A stretch of DNA of 64,000 nt from Microcoleus sp. (GCA_042408215.1 JAYFMW010000028.1:192001-256000), one strand, 5' to 3'. Shown: positions 18,135 through 29,162, counted from the first letter of the stretch. The notes: generated by a model from the letters alone, not told the origin. Program-made: numbers and translations.

Positions 18135-20285
18135 GTGATGGGATTATTTGATTTTGTTTCTTTTAAGTTGCGTCGCAAGTTTCTGGATGGGTTTTTCCTG
18201 TTTTTACTTGTTCTCGTGACAATCGCAGTATCGTCTATCTATGTCTCTAGCGAACATACTTTTTATTGGTGGGATTACGCTGGTTACAACAGCGCTACAG
18301 TCAGTATAGCAAATTTATTTCGGGAATCGCCAGACCAAGCGATACATGAAGTTATAGAATCGCTTGCTAAGGAAAAAAATCTGTTAATTTCGCTGCCTTT
18401 GGTGCCGTTTATTCTATTATTTGGCGATTCTCGCTTGAGTTACATTCTCAGTGTATCACTGATTTATGTAGTGCCATTTCGCTTGTTGTTGGGGGCAATT
18501 TCTGCTAAATTAATTCCTGTTTATCCCCGCCTGGTGTTTTGGTCAACTGTGTTGCTGAGTTTATTCATTCCGATGAGTTGGATTCCGACTCTGCGGGGAT
18601 ATCTCGATACTGGCGGCTGTTTGTTTGTAGGGTTGGCAATTTTAGTTTATTTGCAGGATGTTAAGCTTAAATATTGGTGGCAAATTCTGTTAATTGGCTT
18701 TTCGCTGGCTGTGGCGATTTTGTGGCGGCGACATTTTGCTTATAGTGCGATCGCATTTTTTGGTGCTGCTATTTTCCAGTATTTAATCGAGTTTGTTGCA
18801 GAATACAAAGCTATTAAAAATACAGCTTGGATAAATTTGTTGAAATCTGGTGTAAAATTGAGTGTGATAGCAGCAACTAGCTTGGCTGTTTTAATGCTGG
18901 TGGCGGGAGATTTTACTCGCAGCGCTGTGACGGTTGATTATCGCAATTTGTATGCGGCTTGGAGTTTGCCTGTTAATCATATTTTAACTCGTTATGCCGA
19001 TTTTTACGGTTTGGGAACTTGGCTGCTAGTAGCTATCGGTTTTTCGGCGGGAATTCTCACTCGGATGCTGGTGTCAGAGGCTACTATTTTTGTTTCGCTA
19101 TTTGGGATTTTGTCGCTGATTGAATGGCTGTTGGTCTTGCGTTATGGCTATTTGCACTATACAATACACATAACGCCGATCGCACTTTTAGGACTGTCGG
19201 CATTTTTCTGGACAACTTGGCTGACACGACCGGGGAAAATCCGCTATTTGATGCTGGGTGTGGCGGGTTTTTATCTGATTGCGAACGCGGTTTTGGGGTT
19301 GATTCCTGTAAAATTGGGTTTGTCAAGGCTGTTTGTGGCTAATTTTCCGCCGTTAGTGCGATCGGACTACGGTGAAGTGGTAAAATTAGTAGAGTTTCTG
19401 AGAAAAATAGCACCGAATCAAGAACCGATTTATATTGCCGGCGCTTCTAATAATTTTAATGCTAATATCCTCCGACAAGCTAACCGCAAATTAAATCCTC
19501 CCGAAGGTTGGTGGAAATTAAACACCATTGGTAGGCCACAAATTGACTCTCGCGATACTTACCCGCTACCGGAATTATTAATGTCGCAATATGTGGTAGT
19601 TGCTACGCCTTTTCAGCAGGTGTTGCTGAGTGATGAACAGGTTTTGCGTCCGGGGGAACAAGATGTTGTTAAAGTTGTGTATGATGCTTTTACTCAAAAT
19701 TGGGAAATTTCCCGTGATTTTCAGCTTTTACCCGAACAGTTTCAGCTAGAAAATGGTGTCACAGTCAGAGTTTATCGGAGAATGCGCCCAAGTGCGATCG
19801 CCACAGCCATCAAAACTCTGGATGCGATGCAGAAACAAATAGCCGAGAAGCCGGGGACTCAATTAGATTGGATTAGCTTAAATCAGTCAGTTTACACAAG
19901 TCCTAATTATTCCCTTAGCAAAGCATCGAATCACTTATATAATATTGTAACTCATCCCATTAAAAACACCAAGCAACTCGATACATCTTTTCTATATTTA
20001 GGTTCCCTATCCGAAAAAGTCAAAATTACCGGCAACCTCAATTTACCTAACAAACAATGTGAGGGAATTTCCCTGCGGTTGACTTTGTGGAACAATCAAG
20101 GTAAATTAATCAACTCAGCCGAAACAGCTTATAATCCGGCGACTTCCCCCAAATTAAATCTATTACTTGAGGGAAAAACTCCAACTTATTTACTCCTTGA
20201 GGTATTGAGTACCAATAAACAAGATTTAACCAACCAATGTCAACTGGAAATTAAAAATTTAGCCATATCAACTCAAAAAAGTTGA
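18135..20285 (+). CDS. Polytopic membrane protein, possible GT-C fold glycosyltransferase
   Basis: About 11 TM segments, first loop FYWWDY, soluble C-terminal domain; glycan cluster context. Confidence 0.55.
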   Translation: MMGLFDFVSFKLRRKFLDGFFLFLLVLVTIAVSSIYVSSEHTFYWWDYAGYNSATVSIANLFRESPDQAIHEVIESLAKEKNLLISLPLVPFILLFGDSRLSYILSVSLIYVVPFRLLLGAISAKLIPVYPRLVFWSTVLLSLFIPMSWIPTLRGYLDTGGCLFVGLAILVYLQDVKLKYWWQILLIGFSLAVAILWRRHFAYSAIAFFGAAIFQYLIEFVAEYKAIKNTAWINLLKSGVKLSVIAATSLAVLMLVAGDFTRSAVTVDYRNLYAAWSLPVNHILTRYADFYGLGTWLLVAIGFSAGILTRMLVSEATIFVSLFGILSLIEWLLVLRYGYLHYTIHITPIALLGLSAFFWTTWLTRPGKIRYLMLGVAGFYLIANAVLGLIPVKLGLSRLFVANFPPLVRSDYGEVVKLVEFLRKIAPNQEPIYIAGASNNFNANILRQANRKLNPPEGWWKLNTIGRPQIDSRDTYPLPELLMSQYVVVATPFQQVLLSDEQVLRPGEQDVVKVVYDAFTQNWEISRDFQLLPEQFQLENGVTVRVYRRMRPSAIATAIKTLDAMQKQIAEKPGTQLDWISLNQSVYTSPNYSLSKASNHLYNIVTHPIKNTKQLDTSFLYLGSLSEKVKITGNLNLPNKQCEGISLRLTLWNNQGKLINSAETAYNPATSPKLNLLLEGKTPTYLLLEVLSTNKQDLTNQCQLEIKNLAISTQKS

Positions 20286-20292
20286 ACCGTCA

Positions 20293-22140
20293 ATGCAAAA
20301 AAATCAAAAATCTGACTGGTATTTTAACTTATCCATCTATACCTTTGTCATCATCGGTTCGTTGATAGCAGTAGGGTATAAATTCCCCATAGGAGGCAAC
20401 TTTCCCGAATTGCCACAAATCCAACATCTCCTAAATCCTGAACTATATAAAAATGACTATCATGTTCAGGAAATGGTTAAATTTAATCCGAGATACTACT
20501 ATTATTATATCATTTATTTCTTGGCAAACTTAGGGTTAAGTATTCCCTTAGTGCATTTTATTTATCAATTCCTAGCTTTTGGTTCAGTTATCCTAGCTTG
20601 TTATGCCATTATCAACATATATACTAATGCAAAACTGCCAGCAGCAGCCATGACTTTCTTATGTTTAGCATCCTCATTTACAGATGTTGGTAACACGCTG
20701 ATATTTTCCACCAAATCAGTACCCAGCACCTTCGCGATGGCCTTCGCAATCTGGGGGATTTACTTTAGTTTACGTCAGAAATGGCTGACAGGATATTTCT
20801 TTTTTGGATTAGCTTGTTTGTTGCAATTTTTAGTGGGTTTATTACCAGGGTTAATGATGATGCCGGTGTTAATTATTGAATCGGTAAAACAGCGAAGGTT
20901 CAAAAACGTAATTTTGGCGATCGCACTTTTAGCAGCAATGGCAAGTATCGTTTATTTACCGATGTTGCTAACAGGTACTACCGGCACTCACACTATGAAC
21001 AATGCCGAGTTTGTATACATTCACGCAAGAATACGCAATCCTCACCACATCCTCCCCTCAAATTGGAATGTCGGCAACAATTGGTTAAACTTTATATCTT
21101 TGATAATTGGTGGCTTGCTTTGCATCAAAAATGCCGATTTACTGCGAAAAGAAGACAAAATTAACTTTTCTATAATTATTGGTACATCAATTTTGGCGCT
21201 GCTGCTGAATTACCTATTTGTCGAAGTTTACCCAGTGGCTTTGATTGCCAAACTCCAGTTAGCTAGAACCGTACCTTTTGCTCAAATAATTATATTTATC
21301 GCTATCAGTTTGCTAGTCGATCGACTTTACCAACAAAAACAAATAGCTATTAGTATTTTACTGTTAATTATCCTCACTTTATCCAACCGAGGTATTTTAT
21401 TCTTAGCCTTATTTATATTTTTATCAATTTGCCAAACCCCAAAATATACACTTCCCAAACGCTACACTATTTTGCCCTGGATTTTCACCGCAGTCACATT
21501 AACTTTCAGCTCGATCTATCCGCTGACTAATTCAGGAGAAATAATAGGCGATCGCCTAATTAGCATACCAGTCCTTTTCTCAATTCTAGCCTTTCCATTC
21601 ATCTTAGAAAAAACATCAATTTCTACACCAATAAAACAGATTTTCACCAATCTATTAGCTTTGCTAACTACCAGCATCTTAGTTTTGGGAATAGCAGGAA
21701 TTCTCCCCAAACCAATGTTAGATATATTTCAAACAAGAGTTAATATAAATGCCATTCCCAGCGACGACTTAAACCAATTAGCTTTACGCTTTTCCCAAAT
21801 TAGCAATCAAGATGCACTGGTATTAATTCCCCCCTCAGTCACCAGTTTTCAATACTTTTCACAAAGAGCAATTGTAGTCAACTTCAAGAACTTTCCCTTA
21901 ACAGAAAAAGGCATCAAAGAATGGCAAAATCGCATGGAAGCTGTGTTAGGAGTCCCCTTAAATCCGCAAATGATTTGGGGAGGAAATGACTTATTCAGCC
22001 GCCGCAACAGTGCCGATTTAGTCGAAGTAGCCCGAAAATATCATGCAGATTATATCCTAACTCGTACTGACTGGCATCCAAATATTCAAGCAAAAATCGC
22101 CGACAAACAAGGCAAATGGATACTCTACAAAATTAGGTAA
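20293..22140 (+). CDS. Polytopic membrane protein, DUF6798-like
   Basis: LYKND..V, RIRNPHHILP and FSQRAIVVNFKNFP..EWQNRM motifs. Confidence 0.6.
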   Translation: MQKNQKSDWYFNLSIYTFVIIGSLIAVGYKFPIGGNFPELPQIQHLLNPELYKNDYHVQEMVKFNPRYYYYYIIYFLANLGLSIPLVHFIYQFLAFGSVILACYAIINIYTNAKLPAAAMTFLCLASSFTDVGNTLIFSTKSVPSTFAMAFAIWGIYFSLRQKWLTGYFFFGLACLLQFLVGLLPGLMMMPVLIIESVKQRRFKNVILAIALLAAMASIVYLPMLLTGTTGTHTMNNAEFVYIHARIRNPHHILPSNWNVGNNWLNFISLIIGGLLCIKNADLLRKEDKINFSIIIGTSILALLLNYLFVEVYPVALIAKLQLARTVPFAQIIIFIAISLLVDRLYQQKQIAISILLLIILTLSNRGILFLALFIFLSICQTPKYTLPKRYTILPWIFTAVTLTFSSIYPLTNSGEIIGDRLISIPVLFSILAFPFILEKTSISTPIKQIFTNLLALLTTSILVLGIAGILPKPMLDIFQTRVNINAIPSDDLNQLALRFSQISNQDALVLIPPSVTSFQYFSQRAIVVNFKNFPLTEKGIKEWQNRMEAVLGVPLNPQMIWGGNDLFSRRNSADLVEVARKYHADYILTRTDWHPNIQAKIADKQGKWILYKIR

Positions 22141-22192
22141 TTGGGAATGGGGAATGGGGAATGGGGAATGGGGAATTGGGCATTGGTTTTAT

Positions 22193-22542
22193 ATCCGTTA
22201 AATCCGTTACAAAATCCGTTGCCAAACATCCGTTAAATCCGTTACAAAATCCGTTGCCAAACATCCGTTAAATCCGTTACAAAATCCGTTGCCAAACATC
22301 CGTTAAATCCGTTACAAAATCCGTTGCCAAACATCCGTTAAATCCGTTACAAAATCCGTTGCCAAACATCCGTTAAATCCGTTACAAAATCCGTTGCCAA
22401 ACATCCGTTAAATCCGTTACAAAATCCGTTGCCAAACATCCGTTAAATCCGTTACAAAATCCGTTGCCAAACATCCGTTAAATCCGTTACAAAATCCGTT
22501 GCCAAACATCCGTTAAATCCGTTACAAAATCCGTTGCCGAAC
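22193..22542. repeat. 35-bp tandem repeat x10 (ATCCGTTAAATCCGTTACAAAATCCGTTGCCAAAC)
   Basis: Near-identical units without spacers. Confidence 0.97.
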
Positions 22543-22551
22543 CTTCTTCCT

Positions 22552-23526
22552 TCAAACATCAACATCAGAATCATCAATAATTTCACAAATCTGCTTATCC
22601 ACATAATCAGCATCCACATTCCGCGCCATCAACTCCGCCAAAATCCCCAAAGAAATCAACTGTACCGACAGAATTGTACACAAAATCCCAAAAAATAACA
22701 AAGGTCGATTCCCGATCGGACCCAAATTCATCCCTCCTAAATTCAAAAACCAGATAACTATCAAATAACTCAGCGAAACAGTCCCAACCAAGCCAAAAAA
22801 TAACCCCAAACCTCCAAACAAATGACCCGGTTTGTGCAAATAATGCGTCGTCGCCAACACCGTCAACAAGTCAATAAAACCCCGCGCATAACGTTCCCAA
22901 CCATAATTAGATTTACCATGCTTTCGCGAATGGTGCTCGACAACTACTTCCCCAATTCTAAAACCTAAATTGTTGGCTAAAGCTGGAATATAACGGTGCA
23001 ATTCCCCGTACAATTTAATAGATGCTAAAACTTCCCGGCGATAAGCTTTAAAACCACAATTCATATCGTGCATTTGTACGCCAGTCAGCCAACACGCAAC
23101 TGCATTAAACAGCTTGGAAGGTAAAGTTTTAGAAATTGGGTCATTCCGCTGTTTTCGCCAACCGGAAACTAAATCAAATCCCGATTCTAAATGGTCTAAA
23201 AATTTGGGAATTTCGGCCGGGTCGTCCTGAAGGTCGGCATCGAGAGTAAAGATAATTCTCCCTGCTGCATTGCGAAATCCTGCGGCAAGGGCGGCTGATT
23301 TGCCGAAGTTTCTACGCAGTTTAATGGCTTTAATTAGTTTGGGATTTTTATTGGATAAATCTAGGATTTCTCGCCAAGAATAATCGCGGCTACCGTCGTC
23401 TATGAAAATTACTTCGTAATTGTCAATTTCTGTTTGGGACATGACTATTTGAATTTTTTCAAATAGCATTTTTAGGGTGGCTTCTTCGTTGTGAACGGGG
23501 ATTACGAAGCTGATGTGTTTTTGCAT
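22552..23526 (-). CDS. GT2 polyprenol-phosphate glycosyltransferase (ArnC/GtrB-like)
   Basis: VIPVHNEE, DDGSRD, RNFGKSAAL, DADLQDDP, C-terminal TM pair. Confidence 0.92.
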   Translation of the reverse strand: MQKHISFVIPVHNEEATLKMLFEKIQIVMSQTEIDNYEVIFIDDGSRDYSWREILDLSNKNPKLIKAIKLRRNFGKSAALAAGFRNAAGRIIFTLDADLQDDPAEIPKFLDHLESGFDLVSGWRKQRNDPISKTLPSKLFNAVACWLTGVQMHDMNCGFKAYRREVLASIKLYGELHRYIPALANNLGFRIGEVVVEHHSRKHGKSNYGWERYARGFIDLLTVLATTHYLHKPGHLFGGLGLFFGLVGTVSLSYLIVIWFLNLGGMNLGPIGNRPLLFFGILCTILSVQLISLGILAELMARNVDADYVDKQICEIIDDSDVDV

Positions 23527-23610
23527 GGGGCTATTCTAGATTTTTTTTTGAACCGCAGAGGGCGCAGAGGGCGCAGAGGGGAGAAAGCAGAGGGGTTGTT
23601 ATCTAATTTT

Positions 23611-25371
23611 TTAGTTGTTTTTGATAACTTGGGAATTTCGCATGGCTACCCAGCCTTGGCGGTTTTTGAATGAGGCGTAGGCTGTTAATAGTTGATCTTT
23701 TGGTGATGTTTGAATGTATCCTCTCCAAGCTGCGAATTTGTAGGCTGGCCCAAATAAGTTTACTAAATCTGGACGGGGAAATCCTGATATGGCGAAACCT
23801 CGAACGACATTTTCTTGATTGAGAATGGCTATACATTTTACATTGTTTTCGGGGTCTCCTACCCAGCCAATTACTCTGGCGGCTGTGGGTGCGAGTTTTG
23901 TGACTATATCGAAATATCCTGGTACTCCGTCTTTGGGGGCTGATAGTAAGTTTGAGTCGATTTTTGTATCTAATTCTGCACAGAAATTATGCTTTTTGAT
24001 GTTTCGATTAAATGGTACTAAATTGTTAGTTTGTAAGGCATCTATTAACCCTACGAAAGCGGCCGGTCTGTTGCCTACTTTTTCTTTAATTAAGGTCACG
24101 TCGGTGATGCCTAATTGCAATGATAATGCTACTAATGGTTGATAGGTTGCTCTGCGGGCGATCGCACTTGCTGTTTCGCCTCCCACGCCGTACATTAAAA
24201 CGATCGCAATTGTGGCGATTCCTAACAGCGGTGTCAGCCAACTTCTTTGCATTCTTGGTATTGGCTGCAACTGCCGCACGCACAATACTGTCAGCACAAT
24301 TGTGCTCATCCAAAACAGTGCTGGGAGTGTGGCGTAGCGGGAAGCTGTGGCCTGTTCGACTCCAAATCCCGAGCGACTAACGGCGGCCATTAATGCCGTT
24401 TGCAGGGTGTAAATCTGGATTGATAGCCAAGGCAGCCAATCCGTGCGATCGCTCTTTTTTGCAAACAACCAATAACCCACAAAACCTGTTACTGCTATCA
24501 AACCAATTATACCAATAATTGATGCAATAATAATATTATTGCTAAATATTCCGCCTAAATAAGTGGGAATATATTCGAGAGTTTTGAGCGGGTGAATTTT
24601 GGTTAAAGAAGGATGATGGGCGGGAGTTTTATAAGTTAAAAAATAAGTGCTAATCACTGCAATAGAAACAGCAAAATACAAGTAAGTAACTCGGCGGGGA
24701 AACCGCAGCACAACCGCCGCAGCACACAATATCGGCCACAAAGCTAAAGGAGTGCTGTAACTCATACAACCTAAAATCCCAAAAATAATGCTACCAATTA
24801 CCCAACCATCCCCTAGGGGCGGTGCCCCTGTGCCCGCCCCCGCCGTACCCGCAACAGTCGCATAGGATTGCAGACAAAATATCGAACAAATTACAAATAA
24901 ATTAGCAATTATCCAGTGAACACCGCTAAATCCCCGCATCCAATTGTGCGCCGCAGCCGGAGTAAAATTAAAAATAGAAATAGCAACTACAACTAAGATA
25001 AATTGCAGCGTAAAACGATTCAGTTTTAACGGCAGCAAAGCAATTAATACGTGGCACTGAATCAAAGCCAAAAACCAGGCAACTACACACAAACCAATAT
25101 TTGAACCTTGAGTTATGACTATATTCAAGGCATAGATAATGGCCGGAATCAAGACAAAATGCTCGTTCGCCCGAAATATCCAATTAAAAGGATTGGTAGA
25201 GAAACCGTCTACTGAATAGAAATTCCAAGTCATCCACCAATAGTCAAAATTAGACAAGTCTCCAGCTTGCGATATCAGGTACAAAATATAGGAGGCTGGT
25301 ATCAAAATGCCGACAACTGATCCGGCGATTAAAACATATTCTGACTTGACTTTCATTGGATTCGTAAACAC
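23611..25371 (-). CDS. Polytopic membrane protein, putative GT-C/glycan modification
   Basis: D(Y)W..NEH loop, SRSGFG..ASRY motif, C-terminal GYFD..GW domain; paralogue of 29931-31661. Confidence 0.55.
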   Translation of the reverse strand: MFTNPMKVKSEYVLIAGSVVGILIPASYILYLISQAGDLSNFDYWWMTWNFYSVDGFSTNPFNWIFRANEHFVLIPAIIYALNIVITQGSNIGLCVVAWFLALIQCHVLIALLPLKLNRFTLQFILVVVAISIFNFTPAAAHNWMRGFSGVHWIIANLFVICSIFCLQSYATVAGTAGAGTGAPPLGDGWVIGSIIFGILGCMSYSTPLALWPILCAAAVVLRFPRRVTYLYFAVSIAVISTYFLTYKTPAHHPSLTKIHPLKTLEYIPTYLGGIFSNNIIIASIIGIIGLIAVTGFVGYWLFAKKSDRTDWLPWLSIQIYTLQTALMAAVSRSGFGVEQATASRYATLPALFWMSTIVLTVLCVRQLQPIPRMQRSWLTPLLGIATIAIVLMYGVGGETASAIARRATYQPLVALSLQLGITDVTLIKEKVGNRPAAFVGLIDALQTNNLVPFNRNIKKHNFCAELDTKIDSNLLSAPKDGVPGYFDIVTKLAPTAARVIGWVGDPENNVKCIAILNQENVVRGFAISGFPRPDLVNLFGPAYKFAAWRGYIQTSPKDQLLTAYASFKNRQGWVAMRNSQVIKNN

Positions 25372-25572
25372 AAATATTTGGATTAGTAGGGGCGGGTTTT
25401 ACCAACAATCTCAGCCTAATACCAATAATCTAGTAAACCCGCCCCCACCCAACGGTAAATTGAAATGTACCTCTTTCAAGATACAAGGGGCGGGCTTCGC
25501 ATTAATTATTTGCATATCGCAAATAAATCTTGAACCAAACCAGCCCTAACTTTTTGAGTTTTACTCAATTTT

Positions 25573-26445
25573 TCATTGGACTTCTCTGGCTAGCATTTGC
25601 CTGAGTCCTTGCCGCCAGTGGGGAGGATGCGTACCCAAAAGTGCTGATATTTTTACCGATGAAAGTACAGAAAAAGCAGGGCGTTTTGCTGGTGTGGGAT
25701 ATTCGGAGGTGGTGATAGGAACCACGCGCTTAACTTTCAGGGGAAAACCGAGTTTTTCTGCTTCTTCAAAAATGGCGATCGCAAAATCGTACCAACTACA
25801 AACGCCGCTGTTCGTATATTGGTAAGTCCCGAAAATTTCTGGCTGAATGCGAGGAATTATCTGCGATATCGCCGCAGCTAAATCCCCCGTCCAAGTAGGG
25901 CTTCCCACTTGATCCGCCACTACCCGAATCTCTTCCCTTTCCTTTCCCAACCTCAGCATAGTTTTGACAAAATTGCCTTTGCCTCCGTTGCCATAAACCC
26001 AGGCTGTTCTGATAATAATGTGCCGATTTCCTGCTTGCCGAATTGCCTCTTCGCCCATCAATTTTGACTTGCCGTAAGTTCCCAGCGGGTTCGTAGAATC
26101 TGTTTCTAGATAAGGAGAACCCTGGCTACCGTCGAATACATAATCTGTGGAAATATGAATCAATGTCGATCGCAGTTTTTCGCATTCTTCTGCAAGGATT
26201 CCGGGGGCAATTCCGTTGACAGCCTGTGCTAATTCTGGTTCGATTTCTGCTTTGTCTACAGCAGTGTAAGCACCCGCATTGACAACTAAATCCGGTTGAA
26301 TTTCAGCCATTGCTTGACGGATACTTTCGGGTTTGGATAAATCGAGACTTGTGCGATCGACTGCAATTAACTCTCCCGAAGATAATAAAATTGGCTGCAA
26401 TTCTTGAGCGAGTTGTCCGCCGCTACCTGCGAGTAAAATTTTCAT
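25573..26445 (-). CDS. rfbD: dTDP-4-dehydrorhamnose reductase
   Basis: GSGGQL, AYTAVDKAE, STDYVFDG, YGKSK, DQVGSPT. Confidence 0.96.
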   Translation of the reverse strand: MKILLAGSGGQLAQELQPILLSSGELIAVDRTSLDLSKPESIRQAMAEIQPDLVVNAGAYTAVDKAEIEPELAQAVNGIAPGILAEECEKLRSTLIHISTDYVFDGSQGSPYLETDSTNPLGTYGKSKLMGEEAIRQAGNRHIIIRTAWVYGNGGKGNFVKTMLRLGKEREEIRVVADQVGSPTWTGDLAAAISQIIPRIQPEIFGTYQYTNSGVCSWYDFAIAIFEEAEKLGFPLKVKRVVPITTSEYPTPAKRPAFSVLSSVKISALLGTHPPHWRQGLRQMLAREVQ

Positions 26446-26448
26446 GAT

Positions 26449-26994
26449 CTAAAAAACTTGAGCTCTTTTCAATGTTTGTCCGGCTTTGTCTTTAGGTGAT
26501 AAAATTGGTTTCGCACCTTCTAGCGGCCAATCGATCGCCAAATCGGGGTCATTCCACAAGATACACCGCTCGTGACTCGGTGCATAGTAGTCTGTAGTTT
26601 TATACAAAACTTCAGCAGTCTCCGAAACCACTAAAAAACCGTGAGCAAATCCCGCCGGCACCCAAAGTTGCTGCTTATTTTGAGCACTCAGTAAACAGCC
26701 CACCCACTTTCCAAAAGTCGGCGAACTTTTTCTAATATCCACCGCCACATCAAAGATCTCGCCCGCAATTACCCGCAGCAATTTGCCTTGAGGCTGCTGC
26801 ATCTGGTAGTGCAAACCGCGCAGCACATTTTTAGACGATTTGGAATGATTGTCTTGAACAAACTCTGCCGTTACGCCTGTTTTTTCGACAAAAGCTTTGT
26901 GATTAAAACTCTCAAAAAAGAAACCGCGATCGTCTCCGAAAATTTTCGGCTCAATTATCAAAACTTCCGGTATTTCGGTAGATATAACGTTCAT
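26449..26994 (-). CDS. rfbC: dTDP-4-dehydrorhamnose 3,5-epimerase
   Basis: DDRGFFFE, VQDNHS, VLRGLHYQ, GFAHGF; ATG 26994 preferred over 27021. Confidence 0.96.
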   Translation of the reverse strand: MNVISTEIPEVLIIEPKIFGDDRGFFFESFNHKAFVEKTGVTAEFVQDNHSKSSKNVLRGLHYQMQQPQGKLLRVIAGEIFDVAVDIRKSSPTFGKWVGCLLSAQNKQQLWVPAGFAHGFLVVSETAEVLYKTTDYYAPSHERCILWNDPDLAIDWPLEGAKPILSPKDKAGQTLKRAQVF

Positions 26995-27043
26995 AGTTGG
27001 CTGCGAAAGTGATAAAGTCATACTTACTGAATACTATTTTACT

Positions 27044-27733
27044 ATGAAAGCCGACGCATATCTCAAAAAATTGTACGCCAATCGATTTGATTCCAGACAG
27101 ATGCAAGCTAAGGTAGTGCTTTGGAGGGTTTTAATTGACGATTTTTTACAAAAATATGTTCCTACTAAATCAGCGGTTTTAGATATTGGCGGCGGTTACT
27201 GCGAGTTTATCAATCAAATTCGAGCCGGAGAAAAATGCTTGATTGACCTCAATCCCGATTCAAAGTTATTTGCTAATCCTGATGTGAAAGTGCTGAATAT
27301 TGATGTTTTAAATTTTGGCGCTAGCCCAGCTTTTACCGAACATTTTGACAGGATATTTATCTCTAACTTTTTTGAACATCTCCGCAACAAAGAAGAACTA
27401 ATCCAAATTATATCATTTTGCTTTGAGGCACTCAAGCCAGGGGGTTCTCTCTTGGTGATCCAACCAAATTTTAAATACTCTTTCAAAGAGTATTACGATT
27501 TTATCGATCATCAATTACCGATTACACACTTATCGCTGCAAGAACTTTTACAAACCGTCGGCTTTGAAATCGACCTAATTATACCGAGATTTTTACCATT
27601 TTCGACAAAAGGCAGACCGGCATCGCCCTGGCTTTTAAAAGTTTACTTAAAATTGCCTTTTTTGTGGCGGTTTTTGGGAGGCCAAATGTTTGTTAAAGCA
27701 TCGAAACAAAAGAATGGAGGCAGAGCCTCCTGA
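27044..27733 (+). CDS. Class I SAM-dependent methyltransferase
   Basis: VLDIGGGYC motif I; SNFFEHL; LKPGG. Confidence 0.85.
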   Translation: MKADAYLKKLYANRFDSRQMQAKVVLWRVLIDDFLQKYVPTKSAVLDIGGGYCEFINQIRAGEKCLIDLNPDSKLFANPDVKVLNIDVLNFGASPAFTEHFDRIFISNFFEHLRNKEELIQIISFCFEALKPGGSLLVIQPNFKYSFKEYYDFIDHQLPITHLSLQELLQTVGFEIDLIIPRFLPFSTKGRPASPWLLKVYLKLPFLWRFLGGQMFVKASKQKNGGRAS

Positions 27734-27817
27734 CAGGCATTCCCAGTCAGATCCAGGCGAGCGATACATCTGCGTTTATCCGCGTTTATCCGCCTGCATC
27801 TGCGGTTAAAAAAATCC

Positions 27818-28882
27818 CTATAATATCGAACTCAACACCACCTCATTAGCAACAATCCAATCATAAACATCTTGCAAAGCAGCTTCCGGGCCGATCGCAG
27901 GTTGCCATCCAGTGCGCTCCATCACCCTAGAAGCATCAGTAATAAAAATCGGAATATCCCCCGCACGTTCCTCCAAAACAGGATGAATCGGAATCGATTT
28001 ACCCGTAATTTTTTGGCACAAATCAGTTGTTTCAACTAACGAAAGACTGTTGCTAAAACCGCCGCCAACATTAAATACTTCACCGTCAAATTCAGCAAAG
28101 TTTTCTAACTGATAATTAACTAACCTCAACAAGTCTTCAACGTGTAGTAAATCCCTAACTTGCTTGCCGCTGCCGCCAAAACCGATATAATTCAGTGACT
28201 TTTGAAAATAGTGCGCCGCCACCCACAAACCGCAAACTCCCTGATCGACTTTACCCATTTGCCAAGCACCTGTAATTAACCCGCAGCGGTTGATAATTGC
28301 TGGCACATTGTACGCTTCCCTGTATTCCTCAATCAGCAATTCCGAAGCTAATTTAGTTGCTCCGTAAAGTGAACGATGTCCTTTGAGAGGGAAGTCTTCA
28401 GAAATGCCTAATTCTGATATTCCAGGTATAGTTTGATTTGGGGCGATCGCAAATCGTGTCGGCAATTCCAATAACTTGATAGACTTGACAGTGGCGATCG
28501 GATAAACTCGACTCGTAGACAAAAACAACAAACTCGCACCAGTTTGTCTCGCCAACTCCAAAACATTCACAGTACCCAGTAAATTCGTCTGCAAAACATA
28601 CTGAGGTGAACTAAAACCCGCCAGCACAGAAGGTTCCGCAGCACAATCGATAATGCAGTCAACATTCAGCGCAACGGGATCTAAATCTGCCGCTGTGCGA
28701 ATATCTCCATAAACAAACTGAATCCCGGAACTTTTAAGCCGAGGTAAATTCAATTCCGAACCCCGGCGGCGCAGGTTATCCAAACAAATTATCTGCAATT
28801 CCGGGTGAAGTTTCTTGAGGCCAATTGCCAAACAACTACCAATGAAACCCGCACCACCAACAATCAAAATTCTTTCAATCAT
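27818..28882 (-). CDS. NAD-dependent sugar epimerase/dehydratase (CDP-paratose 2-epimerase-like)
   Basis: GGAGFIGS, YGATK, QMGKVDQG, GSGKQVRDLLH. Confidence 0.85.
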   Translation of the reverse strand: MIERILIVGGAGFIGSCLAIGLKKLHPELQIICLDNLRRRGSELNLPRLKSSGIQFVYGDIRTAADLDPVALNVDCIIDCAAEPSVLAGFSSPQYVLQTNLLGTVNVLELARQTGASLLFLSTSRVYPIATVKSIKLLELPTRFAIAPNQTIPGISELGISEDFPLKGHRSLYGATKLASELLIEEYREAYNVPAIINRCGLITGAWQMGKVDQGVCGLWVAAHYFQKSLNYIGFGGSGKQVRDLLHVEDLLRLVNYQLENFAEFDGEVFNVGGGFSNSLSLVETTDLCQKITGKSIPIHPVLEERAGDIPIFITDASRVMERTGWQPAIGPEAALQDVYDWIVANEVVLSSIL

Positions 28883-28922
28883 GCGCTTTATAAAATTTCC
28901 TTCGTAGTCAGGACTTTAGTCC

Positions 28923-29132
28923 CATTGGTGTCAACTTAACGTCAAACGTAGTATAGCAGTCTGCTGTCTGACGATGAGGCCTCGATCCCCCCTAACCCCC
29001 CTTAGTAAGGGGGGGACAAGAGTCTACTCAAAGTCACCCCCTACTCCCCTTATTAAGGGGGATTTAGGGGGATCTAGACTTTGCCTAAAAGCGACATTTA
29101 TTATGGGTTTCAGTCTTAAGTTGACACTAATG
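28923..29132. mobile_element. 210-bp MITE with 17-bp TIRs and a 9-bp target-site duplication
   Basis: TIRs CATTGGTGTCAACTTAA / TTAAGTTGACACTAATG (1 mismatch); CTTTAGTCC at both 28914-28922 and 29133-29141. Confidence 0.9.
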
Positions 29133-29162
29133 CTTTAGTCCTTATTCTTTCAATCATGCGCT

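Noticed and set aside
22193..22542. CRISPR array (35-bp repeat length)
   Set aside because: Units are directly adjacent with no spacers
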